A stretch of 33,243 nt of DNA from Octopus bimaculoides (Eukaryota): positions 549,842-583,084 of the forward strand of contig NC_069007.1 in the NCBI RefSeq assembly GCF_001194135.2. Direction: 5' to 3'. Positions 11,892 through 23,980 of the stretch are shown piece by piece. How positions within the stretch are numbered: the stretch's first letter is position 1; each line of letters starts with the position of its first letter. A program made the translations under genes and the position numbers. The notes below the pieces were generated by a model. The model ran no database searches. It had not been told where the DNA came from and worked only from the letters and a program-made list of their open reading frames with translations.

Positions 11892-12699
11892 GTGATGGAT
11901 TTGACGGTGATGCCGATGGCGGTGGCTGTGGTTACGCATAATCACTTTTTATTATTAATTTCTGTTTTAAAGACAAGGGTGTAGTATTTAAGTTGATTAA
12001 AAGATTTGAGGATTAAGGGCAACGGCGGTTAAGATGCAACAAGATGCAAGATGAAGGAGAGTTATGCGCGGCGGTATTAAATGGGATTTTATTCCGACAC
12101 GTTTCCTTTACACTCATTTTTATGTTGTTCATTGTCTTTTTCCTCTTGCATTCTTCTTGTTCATCATCTTTTTCTTCTTCTCCTCCACCTCCTCCTCCTC
12201 CTCCTACTCCTCCCAATTATTCCTCTACCGTTAAAAGGAAGCAGCGTTATTGCTGCTAGAGTTGCAACCACTTGCTGCTGTTTATGCTAAACGTCTTCTT
12301 TTATTTAACCTTTCCTTGCACCTAATGCACACAAAACAGAAATATTGACAGGCATCTTTTTCATTTTTCTTTCGCTTTTTGGTTTCTATTTGTTTTCGAT
12401 AATTTTTAAAACAAGGTTATTTCCATTGTTTTTGCTTCTGCTTTGTTAGAGTGTCTTCTTAAATTATTCTACTCTCCCATGACAAATGTTTAAAAAAAAA
12501 TTATTAATCTGTCTATAGAAATATTTCATTGCTTCTTGTTAAGCAGTACCTCTTGTATTTCCATTCATCTGCCGTGTATATCGTTCTGGTTGAAAGCCTG
12601 AACTGATCATTGCCAGTTTTTCTATGTGGATATACAATTTATTCGTCCAGGCAGGACAATTTCGCACGAAATACTTCCGTAGTGTTCTGATTAGGTTTG

Positions 12700-12900
12700 G
12701 TTATCATGTAGAATTCAAACTGAGAACGCAATGAGCCGGAAGAAAAACCGCCCTGTATCTCGTCCGATAGTCTAACACTCCCAGATATCTACTACAATGG
12801 CTGCTCCTTTATCGAAAATTTGAAGGGTAGAGGTTACCTCGGCTGAATTTGAACTGAGATCAAATACGTATGTCCAACGCGCTGACTCTCTCCCACTTCA
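12700..12900 (-). mobile_element. Two degenerate SINE family A head fragments
   Basis: AATTCAAACTGAGAACGCAATGAGCCGGAAGAAAAACCGC and ACCTCGGCTGAATTTGAACTGAGA resemble the reverse-complement head. Confidence 0.45.
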
Positions 12901-13017
12901 TCGTCACAACGAACATTCGTCATTTTAAATTTCATTTTTATTTCGATCGATTCCAAGAAATAAAGAACATTCATAGATTTACACAAGTTCGAGTGGTTCT
13001 TATTATTCAAATCTTCC

Positions 13018-13232
13018 AAAGCGGTGAGCTGGCAGAATCGTTAACATGTCAGGAAAAATGTGTAGCGGTATTTCGCCCACTTTTACGTTCTTTGTTCAGC
13101 TGCCACTAAGACTGACATTGCATTCCGTCCTTTCACAATCGATAAAATAAGTAGCAATTGTGCACTGGGATCGATGTATTCGATTTAATCCCACCTCCGA
13201 AATTGCTGGCCTTGCGCCAAATTCTGAGATCA
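13018..13232 (+). mobile_element. SINE family A copy
   Basis: Starts GCGGTGAGCTGGCAGAATCGTTAAC; has TAGCGGTATTTCG, CGATAAAATAAGTA and a GGCCTTGCGCCAAA 3' part matching other copies. Confidence 0.8.
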
Positions 13233-13584
13233 ATATTTAAACCTTCCTGCAGCATAAACTGTAATATGTTGGACATCAGCTGCTGATGCTGGGGCATTAA
13301 AAATGTGTTCAAACCATGACTTTTCCCGCATTCAGAGGAATATGAATGCTAATATCTAGGACTACCTTATGTAGTGTAATCTTGCTTTTTATAACTGACA
13401 ATAAGATTGAGGGAGAATTAGCTGTTATTTCTTGCAGGTAGATAATCCAGAAATGATGGTAGAAGACGCTGAATACGCTAGATAATCCTGTATAGATAAC
13501 TGATAAGAAAATTTACAATTGAGATTCGAGATTTAACAAAGCCTGACTTGGAATAGCTCTGAAACTAATCCGGTGCAAATACTG

Positions 13585-13793
13585 GTTTAAAACTTTGGCA
13601 CAAGGCCGGCAATATTGGGGATGGCATTAAGTCGTTTACATCGACCCCAGTGCTCAACTGGTATTATTTTATTCACCCCAGAAGGATGAAAGGCAAAGTC
13701 GATCTCAGAATTTGAACTCACAACGATAAGACGGACGAAATGCCGCTAAGCATTTTGTCCGACGTGTTAACGATTTTGCCAGTTCGCCGTCTT
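13585..13793 (-). mobile_element. SINE family A copy
   Basis: Reverse complement of the family A head and middle block (AAGGATGAAAGGCAAAGTCGA, ATTTGAACTCA, TGCCGCTAAGCATTTTGTCCG, TGCCAGTTCGCCGTCTT). Confidence 0.85.
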
Positions 13794-14254
13794 AAAAGGA
13801 GTAGAAATATTGTGAGAGAATAATACGGTAGTGTCATTCTTCAGAAAATGAATGTCGTTTGTTGAGAAAGTCAACGAAGTAGAATTATGAAACGTTGTGA
13901 ATATTTCAAGAGAATGGCTTGAAGTGCAGCGATAATAGAATAATGGCTAACCAGCCAAAAGGTCAACAGTGCTATTGAAAGAATCATTCGGCACTGGATG
14001 TTTCTTTCGCTCGGGCAATTAACTCTTGAAGTTGATTTCAATTATTTTGTTGGCGTTGTTGGAGTTGGTGTTTAGATCCACTTTAGCCTTGATTAGCAAA
14101 AACTATAATCTTTTCGCATCCAAGTACAATGCACTCAGAACGATATAATCTACTGTGCTATCATTCGCATCGAGAAGGTAGGACTTGATGAGGGTTTGCT
14201 TGATTTAATCAATTGACTCATTCCACCTTCATTAGTTCATGACTTCGTTCTCTT

Positions 14255-14375
14255 GTAATAAACAGAGTTGCTACCGCATCAGGTAAAATACCTTGTGGTA
14301 TTTGCTCCGGAACATTACGTTCTGAGTTCAAATACCTTTCAGCCTTTAGGGGGTCAATAAAATAAAATACCAGTA
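14255..14375 (+). mobile_element. Degenerate SINE family A fragment
   Basis: GTGGTATTTGCTCCGG...ACGTTCTGAGTTCAAATAC...GGGGTCAATAAAATAAAATACCAGT. Confidence 0.6.
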
Positions 14376-14588
14376 AAATTTTAAGGTCTATCTAATGGAC
14401 TAACTCCACCCTCCTTCAGAATATCTGACCTCTGACGAATTCGATTTTGCTTCTCATCTTTTCGGGATCAAAATAAGTAACAGTGGTAGATTTGTTCCCT
14501 GCCTTCAAATTTACTTGTCATATATGAATATTAGTAAGAACGTTTAATATTACTGTTGTTGTTATTGTCACTACTGTAGCTGTTGTTA

Positions 14589-14593
<5 letters not shown>

Positions 14594-14623
<30 letters not shown>
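14594..14623. repeat. (ATT)10 directly upstream of a SINE A head
   Basis: Direct reading. Confidence 0.95.
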
Positions 14624-14625
<2 letters not shown>

Positions 14626-14827
14626 GGCGGTGAGCTGGCAGAATTGTTAGGACGCCGGGTGATATGCTTAGCGGTATTTCGTCCGTCTTCATGTTCGAAC
14701 TTCAAATTCCGCCGAGGTCGACTTTGCTTTTCATTCTTTCGAGGACGATAAATTAAGTACAAGTGATACACTGGGGTTCGTGTAATCGACTAGTTCGCTC
14801 CCAGAAAATTTCATGCTTTCTGCCTTA
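14624..14827 (+). mobile_element. SINE family A (tRNA-derived head), near full-length copy
   Basis: GGCGG (14626-14630) is complementary to CCGCC (14709-14713), like an acceptor stem. A-box-like TGGCAGAATTG and B-box-like TTCAAATTCC are present. The conserved middle block GCCGAGGTCGACTTTGC.TTTCAT.CTTTCG.GG.CGATAAATTAAGTAC recurs in many copies in this window. Confidence 0.85.
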
Positions 14828-14994
14828 GGCGGCTAGTTGATTTTCGCCGAGGTCGACTTTGCCTTTCATCCTTTCGAGGTTAATAAATTAAGTACCAGTG
14901 AAACACTGGGGTAGATTAAGTCGACAAGTCCCCCTCCCCCAAAATTTCAGGTCTTGTGTCTATAATAGAAAGGATCATCATTATTATTATTATT
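14827..14994 (+). mobile_element. SINE family A copy with internally deleted head and (ATT)n tail
   Basis: AGGCGGCTAGTTG joins directly to TTCGCCGAGGTCGACTTTGCCTTTCATCCTTTCGAGG. Ends AAATTTCAGGTCTTGTGTCTATAATAGAAAGGATCATC(ATT)n. Confidence 0.8.
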
Positions 14995-15281
14995 GAGTGA
15001 GAAAACAGTGCATGCCATCAAAGTGACACTGGGGTGAAATATACGAAGCCCAATATACCCATCATGACTACCCGTAAGATAAGGGTATACCAGGTACATG
15101 CATCCCAACCATACGTGCGCAACATGGTGATCTCATATCAAGATAAATAGCGCATGACCTGGCAGGTGGGGCCCAGTTAGAATTTTCTTCAGGTCGAGGA
15201 GCCCATCCCACTCAAAAGAGTTGTTTAAGGATGTTGAACAAAACACCCATGTTTTCAGAGGGGAATAATCCAAACCCCAAA
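14995..15281 (-). mobile_element. Repeat family B copy
   Basis: GAGTGAGAAAACAGTGCATGCCATCAAAGTGACACTGGGGT...TCTCATATCAAGATAAATAGCGCATGA...TTGTTTAAGGATGTTGAA is the reverse complement of 5294-5594, with a short internal deletion. Confidence 0.85.
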
Positions 15282-15370
15282 AGAGAGAGAGAGAGACACA
15301 CACACACACACACACATATATGTGAGCGTGTGTGTGTGTGTATACATATATAATATATATATACATATAT

Positions 15371-15525
15371 ACGACAGGTCTTCATTTTGTATTCACCAAA
15401 TCCACTCTTTGGTCGGCTCTAGGATACAGCAGAAGACACTTGCCCCAAATGGTGCGCAGTGAGACCGAACCCAGAACCATCTGGTTGGGAAGCAAAACTC
15501 CTATTACACAGTCACGCCTGCCCCT
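15371..15525 (-). mobile_element. Second tRNA-derived SINE family (CORE-like TTGGGGCAAGTGTCTT segment)
   Basis: Minus strand reads GGCAGGCGTGACTGTGT...CTTCCCAACCAGATGGTTCTGGGTTCGGTCTCAC (B-box-like)...TTGGGGCAAGTGTCTTCT...GAGTGGATTTGGT...AAGACCTGTCG, followed by a TA/TG microsatellite. The CORE resemblance is from memory. Confidence 0.7.
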
Positions 15526-16169
15526 ATAATTACATTGTTTTTACAGATGCAACATCTTGGAAAAAAAAATGAACTGCACCAAGTGACCTTATTCAGGTGG
15601 TTCGATATCTTCCATAATCCCTCACATAAAAACTAATCTCATCAGTTTGCTTGATTCTCGATTAATTTGCTTTGACAAGATGCTTACGATCTGCAATTAG
15701 TCCGGGAATATAGTTTCACTTAGAATTATTGCATTCAGTCAATTCAGAAGATTGTTCATTAAAACGTGCAAAAGTATGTTCAACCGAATACAGAACATAA
15801 AAGTTACAAACCCTGTGACCTTCTCTTTCAAAAGATATACCCTTCTACAAAATCTCAGCTACTTAAAGAAAAAAAAAAGTGTGGTCGACAGCGGTGAACA
15901 TATACGTTTATATAACGATATATACTTTATTTTTTCGTCTCCTTTTTTTTTTATTATTATTAGAATTCTTCCGTTGTAGATTACAATGAAGATTTGATCT
16001 TGAGGAATATTTTTAATAATTGATTTTCTCGGCTTGAATCTTCAGAAGTTTTGTTGCTTGATACACATTTTAAATAAATAATTGGTTTTACTACTAACAA
16101 TCTCTAACCCTTTCTCTCTCCCTCTCTTTGGCTTTCTCTCAAACAACACACTTAGATTGAAAAATACGT

Positions 16170-16211
<42 letters not shown>

Positions 16212-16370
16212 GTGAGTGTGTGTGTGTGTGTATCGAAATAAGATGTATATGTCTGCACGTAACTCTATGTGGGTACGAAATTGTATTTGCATATAGTTCT
16301 ACGTAAAAATGATTTTAAGGACGCACAGACAGAAACACTTTTTAGATATGCACATATATACATATTTATA

Positions 16371-16407
<37 letters not shown>

Positions 16408-17344
16408 CATATATACACAGAAAATTGTGTAATATAAATATGAATGTACACGTACGCATATACATGTATATATGCGTATTTGGATATATACATGTATATC
16501 TGCATGTATTTATGTATATGTGTATGAGTATATATGTGCGTATGTATATGCGTATGTAGGTCGGTAGGTAGGTAAGTAGGTAGATAAATAAGCAGGCAGA
16601 AGGGGAGGGGAGGTATACACACAATAGATTACTTATTAATAATATGATTTCGTTTTGTCTCATCGATTTCACAATACACAATATTTATCCATATTTATCC
16701 TATTCTTTGGAAGTTTGTTTTATTACATTCTTTAAATTTTTCTTATTATTGATCCTGCTGTTGTTGTATATTTGTTTATTTGTTTTCAACCTGCATATTT
16801 TTGTTTTATTGTGTCATTCCATGTTTGCTAAGTAGATTCTCCACTCACATTTATCTCAACGTTCTCGACATTTTCCGATAAGATAAAGCGAAATGACATT
16901 AACATATTTCTTACAAACCTGGGCAAAGCTAATTATAGCCAAATCCCTTGGGATACAACACGAAATATAGTTTTTGCTTGTTTTCATCTTTTAATTAGAG
17001 CAGAAAAGTTTGCGCCCATGTTAGGTTGTGGGCCTCCAATAAAGGTAGAAATAAACAGTAAAGTTTTCCTCAAAACCTAGGCACGGACCAAATACTTATT
17101 AGTAAAAGAAATTGTCTCTCGTACGTGGTAGCGTCTACCATCAATAGCAAGGAATAGGTACAGCGTGGCCAATAAGATTTTGCATGGGTTTCATCTCCCG
17201 AATTTCACTAGTTTAAAGACTTGGTCTATCGGAGATTATGATAGAAGACTCTTACATATAGGTCTTCTCTCTCTGTCTTTCTCTCCTCCCTCTCTCTCTC
17301 TCTCTCGTGCTTAGTCATCAACGTACAGAAAACATTTGATTTGT

Positions 17345-17712
17345 GCATCGTTTCCCGTGATTACCTCCGCTGAGACACTAGCTCCTTGCTTCATGCTCTA
17401 GCGTGCTTCATGTCCTGGGATCATCCCAGGTTAGTAGTCCCAGAGACGTCATCATTTGTAGATCCACCAGTATTCCCCATCGCTGGGGGTCCCGTGCCAG
17501 TCCGCCTGCATCCTTTGCATCATATGGTTGGTGCCGTAACAGATTGAGGGCTCTTCTGGCAGAGTTGTTAGTCCATCACAGAAGAGTAAAATGATGGGGC
17601 TGCTATCCAGGCGACGATCCTACATGCCACGAGTCACCGTTAGTCAGGATACTCCCCAGGAGACCGGCCCAATTTGGGTAGCCCCACTTGGATCAAAGCT
17701 CCAGTCAGCTAC
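17345..17712 (-). mobile_element. Probable 3' end of an RTE-type LINE, cut off by an assembly gap
   Basis: GC-richer island. The minus strand reads ...ARRALNLLRHQPYDAKDAGGLARDPQRWGILVDL (LARDPQRW at 17477-17500), resembling the A.DR..W motif that closes RTE ORFs. Upstream frames contain stops. Confidence 0.35.
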
Positions 17713-17779
17713 NNNNNNNNNNNNNNNNNNNNNNNNNNNNNNNNNNNNNNNNNNNNNNNNNNNNNNNNNNNNNNNNNNN

Positions 17780-18125
17780 AGAAACGTTTGCATGCCGGGC
17801 GAAGTACTTGGCGGTATTTCATCTGCCGTCACGTTCTGAGTTCAAATTCCGCCGAGGTCGACTTTGCCTTTCACCCTTTCGGGGTCGATAAATTAAGTAC
17901 CAGTTACGCACTGGAGTCGATATAATCGACTTAAATCCCTTTGTCTGTCTTTGTTTGTCCCCTCTATGTTTAGCCCCTTGTGGGCAATAAAAAAATAAGA
18001 AACGTTAGCACGTTGGGCGAAATGCTTAGCGGTATTTCGTCTGTCTTTACTTTCTGGGATCAAATTTCGTCGAGGTCCAGTTGGCCATTTATCCTTTCGG
18101 AATCGATTAATTAAGGACCAGTTTA
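17780..18125 (+). mobile_element. Two tandem SINE family A copies (variant 3' end on the first)
   Basis: First copy (17780-17999) has well-preserved ACGTTCTGAGTTCAAATTCCGCCGAGGTCGACTTTGCCTTTCACCCTTTCGGGGTCGATAAATTAAGTACCAGT. A second head restarts near 18000 (GAAACGTTAGCACGTTGGGCGAAATGCTTAGCGGTATTTCG). Confidence 0.85.
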
Positions 18126-18523
18126 ATCGCTCTAAACATCTTGGAACCGAGCGCTATTTCATCTAAATATTTGTAATAAAGTAAATACATACACATATAA
18201 TTTCATCCATAATCGAGGGACGCATAGCATTACACAGGTCGCGTGTTCTACAGACCACTGACCACGAGATGACAACTGAGCGTCTGATCGAACACGTACA
18301 CCTGAAGAGCACGACTGCGTCGATGTCGACGATACATGTAATACGAGAGGTAAATCAACTATGTTACTTATGATCCCACTACATACATTGAGAGCAATCT
18401 AATTTCGTATGTTCAACCACCGGTACACACAGAACCGCTTAGACATATGTATATTGTTGGAAATTTTCCCACTGCATAACTGGCGTTAAAGAACACGTCA
18501 GAAATTGATTTCGGTTGGCGTGA

Positions 18524-18574
<51 letters not shown>

Positions 18575-18967
18575 ATCGCTTGTATATTTCATATAAAATT
18601 CATCATATATCGATGCATGTATGGTGTAATTAGCACTTTATCAAAAAGCTATATAGCAACGTCAGGATGTTAAGTGTGTATGAAAAAGAAAGAGGCAGAA
18701 AAAAAGGGGAAGATAGAGGTAAGAGTAGAAGAAATCGAAAGAGTGGGAGGGTGGTGCTTGTCCATATTTATTATTATGAATTGCTAAAAACATGTCTGAA
18801 GAAACCTTTGGGAAATAACTTCTCAATGAATTGATCTCCATTTATTTAATCAAGACAAGTATTGAGTACATTAATATAGTTTGTCTGTGTGTACATATAC
18901 GCACAAACTTACGTAAGTTGATATACAGGTATATAAGTTTGCTTATGCACATATACCTACAGGAAAG

Positions 18968-19114
18968 TAACTATAAGGATATACATATATATATACATAT
19001 ACATATATATATATATATACATATATACATATATATATACATATATACATATATATATACATATATACATATACATATATACATATACATATATATATAC
19101 ATATACATATATAT

Positions 19115-19205
<91 letters not shown>

Positions 19206-19218
19206 TACATATATATAT
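18968..19218. repeat. Compound (TA)n/(TACA) microsatellite of about 250 bp
   Basis: Direct reading. Confidence 0.95.
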
Positions 19219-19574
19219 ACAAGGAGAGTGAGTGAAAGAAAGGGATATGCATAAGTAATATGTATACAATTTTATATACATACCCATTCATCCGTAGACA
19301 CACATGTAATATAATTACATACGGTAATATATATAACCCGAATTACATATATATTTATATAGGTATGTAACTATGTATGCGTGTATATATATATATATAG
19401 GAAGGCATGTTTTCTGTAAGAATTCTCAACGCAAGCCATGGTTTAAGTAGCGTCTCATACGTACCTGTAATATTATATTCGCATTTGATCGATATGCACT
19501 GTTCACTAATATTATTATGTTAAGTAGATTTACCTTTCTACACACACAACCACAAACACATAACCTCAAACAGA

Positions 19575-19624
<50 letters not shown>

Positions 19625-19980
19625 AATTACAACGCTGGCATATCTATACATCTGTGCATATACATAGGCAAGTATCACTTCTTTTACACTTCTGTGTACG
19701 TTTATACATGAATCCATATTTTGTATGAGCGAACGAATACATACACACACACACACACACACAAATATATATATATATATATATATGCACAAGCATGAAT
19801 ATTTATAGATGCATGTTTGTAAGAGTATACACACAGGCACATACATATATATATTTATATATGTATATTTATCTACGTATATTTATCTATATATGTAGCT
19901 ATATATTCGTACATATATCTATATATATATCCATAGGTGTATGCATGTGAACATAAATTATACATAAATATACATATATA

Positions 19981-20019
<39 letters not shown>

Positions 20020-21394
20020 CTCTCTATATATATATATATAAATATATAATACATGATATAATATTATATATATATATATATATATATGTTCGCCTCTACC
20101 AAAAACTCCTTGTGTCTTTGAAGTCGAAAGCTGGCGGCAGTAACTCTTAATGGCTATATTAAGCATTTTGAGCAGTAAATACTGCTTTCATTATATTAAC
20201 TGTTTGAAGTCTACAGCCGCTGGACCCCTCCTCTCTTTGTACGGGATACATATACTAATACTTCTATTGCACATAGTAACATGCACTGATTGTGTGCTTG
20301 TGTGCGTATGCATATATATATATATATATAGTAGAGGGAAAAATATATATACACGCATATATATATATATGTATCTATATAAAATAAGATGTTTGTAAAT
20401 GTTTATTTACCTATATACCTACAGTTATAATATATATATATATACACATATGTACATATATATTTATATGTTTATAAGTATGTATATATATTTACGTGTG
20501 TGCAAATGTATATTTACATGTACACTGAAATATATATATATATACATATAATATATGCAAACACACATATATATATATATATATATGTAAATATGTCCAT
20601 ATATACGCACACGTTTGTTTCCTTTGGAAACGTGACATGCAGGTCTATGAGCATTTGTGCGTCTGTTCTTTTATATAATCTTTGTCCCTACCCCACCTCT
20701 ATTTTCTCAGGGTAAATTTTTTGTCTTCAGTGAGGAAATAGTATTGAACGGATGGCATTTAAGGGTATATAGCGGAAACAAAACCAAACAAGCATATTAA
20801 TAATACTAATAATAACGTTGATGATGATAATAATAATAATAATAATAATAATAGGAATCACTTAAACGAGAGCAGGAGAAGTAAGAGAAGAAAATATGAG
20901 GCAAAGCAGACTTTGGGGAAAAAGAAGCAGAAAAGAACTGTAAAAAATGAGAGTAAATCGATGAATAAAAAAAAAAATAGAGGACTAAAATTACTGCAAA
21001 AAAAAAAAAGAAAAAATATACTTAATAAAATTAGTAAAAAATATACTACAAATTCCGTCAAAAATAGGCTACGATTAAGGCTATACAGTTTCCAAATACA
21101 GCTTGATAGAAAATATATATATATAAATCGCATGTATATATTAATAATGAAATATGTTCAGTGTCAGTAAATGTGTACATATAACATGCTTCGCCACATC
21201 CTAATCAGTGTAATTATTCATCTTCACCCGAGTAAAGGTTTACCTTTCATTCACGGCTTGCTCTTAGCTATCTGCAATATATTTATATACATGTACATGC
21301 TTGAGGGTGTAGGTGTACACACCCACGTTCTGCTTTGAATGGCTTAGAACTTGTATGAGTGTATGCATTTGTGTTTGTCAGCCAAAACGGCTTA

Positions 21395-21552
21395 GCAACG
21401 TTCCAGTGAGTTAGTGGTTCGGCTAATGAGACCAGGAAGATAATTGTCATACTTAAAAATAAATTGAATACCGGGAGCGGTTTTTCCGACCAAAACGCTC
21501 AAGGCGGTGCTCCAGCTTGGCACTATCAGTCCAGTGTATAAAACAAGTAACC
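21395..21552 (+). mobile_element. Possible SINE 3' part
   Basis: TCAAGGCGGTGCTCCAGC...AAACAAGTAA resembles a recalled octopus repeat 3' end. Single copy here. Confidence 0.3.
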
Positions 21553-22391
21553 GACAAAATTTATATGCATGCATGAGTGTATACATACATATATTACACA
21601 ATATATGACACAATTTATCATTAGGTTATGGTAACGAAAGAGTGCTCGACACCAAGTTAGAGCGAGAGTTATGTGAGAATATATATATAATGTACATTTA
21701 ACGACATACACTTAAATACTTCAGGAATTGTGTTTATCGATATGATAAAACATACTGCTATGCAATGTTATAGCTCCATATTGAAATGTTTCTTGAGAAT
21801 TATCTCCATTAAGCTTGAAGTGTAGTTAGGTCGTTGGGACCTCTTCCACGTTTTTTAAGAAAATACATTTATGAGATATTGTACAGGGACTCGCAATATT
21901 TGTCTGTGTTTCCCGTTAAATGAACTCACCGAAATAAGCAGTGTTTCTAAAAGCGACAGCTGCAGTTGTTTGATGTCCCACTTATATGAAAGAGAATTAC
22001 TGCACAGGCTGAATTTCCTTATCCCAACTGACGAAGATAACAACTCTCAGAAACACGTGTGTTCCCAGGATTAATGGAACATATGTTTTGAAATTTATAG
22101 TCGCATATCTGCACGTCACTGATCTGCAAACTCAAGCAAACAGAGAGAACAACATCTCATATTCAAACTCATAACCGTTTCGCAGATGGGTTTAAAAGAT
22201 TTGTTCCTCTTCCACCTTCCTCTCATTTCGTTAATCCTATTCATATTCGTGAGCACCCATCTCACCTCAGTTTTTCATATCTCATTTTCTCTAAATTATT
22301 TTCTTCTTTTCTTTTTTCCTTCCCGTCCTTCCTCTTTAAACGTGAAGGTGTGTGTTCAAAATAATCCACTCTCTACTATGTATATATATAT

Positions 22392-22521
22392 GGTAAATAT
22401 TATTTGCTAATATAACGTGGCAGTCCTGGTTTAGAACGAATGTTACTGTTATTTAGCCCCAGGAAACATCGTCTCCAGCTGGCCATACGACACACAATCT
22501 GTGTCCTTATATTTTTGAACA
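22392..22521 (+). repeat. Third, partial copy of the palindrome-forming repeat
   Basis: ATAACGTGGCAGTCCTGGTTTAG...AATGTTACTGTTATTTAGCCCCAGGAAACATCGTCTCCAGCTGGC.ATACGACAC is the reverse complement of about 22800-22928. Confidence 0.85.
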
Positions 22522-22697
22522 AGGGACTTTAGCATCCCCATTCAGCACAAAACAATATCTGTGTATCGCGATTTTTGGGTTATTTTCTTTCTTCAGCACA
22601 AAATAACTACGGTTCGGCTAGAGGTGGCGCTGCTAATTTCTTGTTCGAAATATATTGTTTTCAAAGTGAGACACAGTCACTGATCTAATAAAATGGG

Positions 22698-22980
22698 AAA
22701 TTTCTATTTGTAAATCTCTCAATGAGAGACATTCAGTAACAATATTCTAGATTATTTGCCAACATAACGTGGCAGTCCTGGTTTAGGACAAATGTTACTG
22801 TTCGAAAATAGGACACAGATAGCGTGTCGTATAGCCAGCTGGAGACGATATTTCTTGGGGCTAAAAATAACAGTAGAATTCGTCCAAAACCAGAACTGTC
22901 ACGTTATGTTGGCAAATAATCTTTACTCCAGTGTACTGCTACTGAATGACTTTCGTTCAAAGATTGACAAATAGAAATTT
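22698..22980. repeat. 283-bp imperfect palindrome (arms 22698-22802 and 22869-22980, 66-bp spacer)
   Basis: Hand alignment of the left arm to the reverse complement of the right arm gives 89 of 105 identical positions plus one 7-nt indel, including a perfect 23-mer AGATTATTTGCCAACATAACGTG. Confidence 0.9.
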
Positions 22981-22985
22981 TCTAT

Positions 22986-23021
<36 letters not shown>

Positions 23022-23233
23022 GTGAATTAATGAGGCTAATATTGGTTTCATACTGAAGAGATTTCAAGACTTTTCAAGCCTACCACATGGGGCATTGTTA
23101 CTCGTCTGTATCTTCGTTGAAAACAACGTAGTACAAGTCATGGTAATCAGAGTTGAAGAACAGAATTCCACACACACACACACAATCCCTGGAAGCAGAT
23201 ATGCATATCTGTATGTCTCCATCTCTCTCTCTG

Positions 23234-23265
<32 letters not shown>

Positions 23266-23290
23266 CCATAAATGCATATGCATCTGTGAG

Positions 23291-23362
<72 letters not shown>

Positions 23363-23622
23363 TGTCTAGATGCATTCATATTAGTGCGTATATATACTAT
23401 ATTTGTGTACATATATGCAGACATGTTCATTTATATGTTCGTACATATGTGTGCTTAATTTTCGATTAATTCACCCACATAGGAAACTTACAATCAGACT
23501 CTCATCAAACTATCCTCATAAATAAAACCGATGATCTTTTACCGATCTCTTAATAGCTGGAGCCGCGCATCTTTCTTCTGCTAAAACCCCAACCTCCACA
23601 CAAGTAAAACTAATACTGCTGC

Positions 23623-23646
23623 GCCGCCGCCGCCGCCGCCGCCGCC
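23623..23646. repeat. (GCC)8 microsatellite
   Basis: Direct reading. Confidence 0.9.
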
Positions 23647-23980
23647 ACCAACACAAAGCTTCCTCTTTTCATTTTCATTAACATGTTTATAACGAATCGC
23701 ACAGATAACAACTCAACACACACACAGACTCACACACGCACACAAACGCATACACTCGTCCATGGATACAGACATTCACATGAACTTTTATACAAATGCA
23801 AACATGTAGTAATATGTGTGTGTACGTGAGATAGTGGGAGTACTGTATTAGACACGTGCAGATATACTTTATCAGATGCAAGCTTTATTCGACGGAACTT
23901 TCCGTTCAGCGGGTGGAATCTAAATAATTTATTGCTAGAAGAAAATCATGATCGAAGTGGTTACTACTATTATTATTATT

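Noticed and set aside
11790-11941. Gly-rich frame (GGYGGGG...GCGYA*) resembling a glycine-rich structural protein end
   Set aside because: No start codon or convincing acceptor, all frames are low-complexity, and similar mosaic trinucleotide tracts occur at 11040-11222 and 24545-24695.
14624-14713. tRNA gene at SINE A heads (also the GTTCGATTCC at 10702)
   Set aside because: No clean cloverleaf or anticodon arm, and each head continues into a SINE body and tail.
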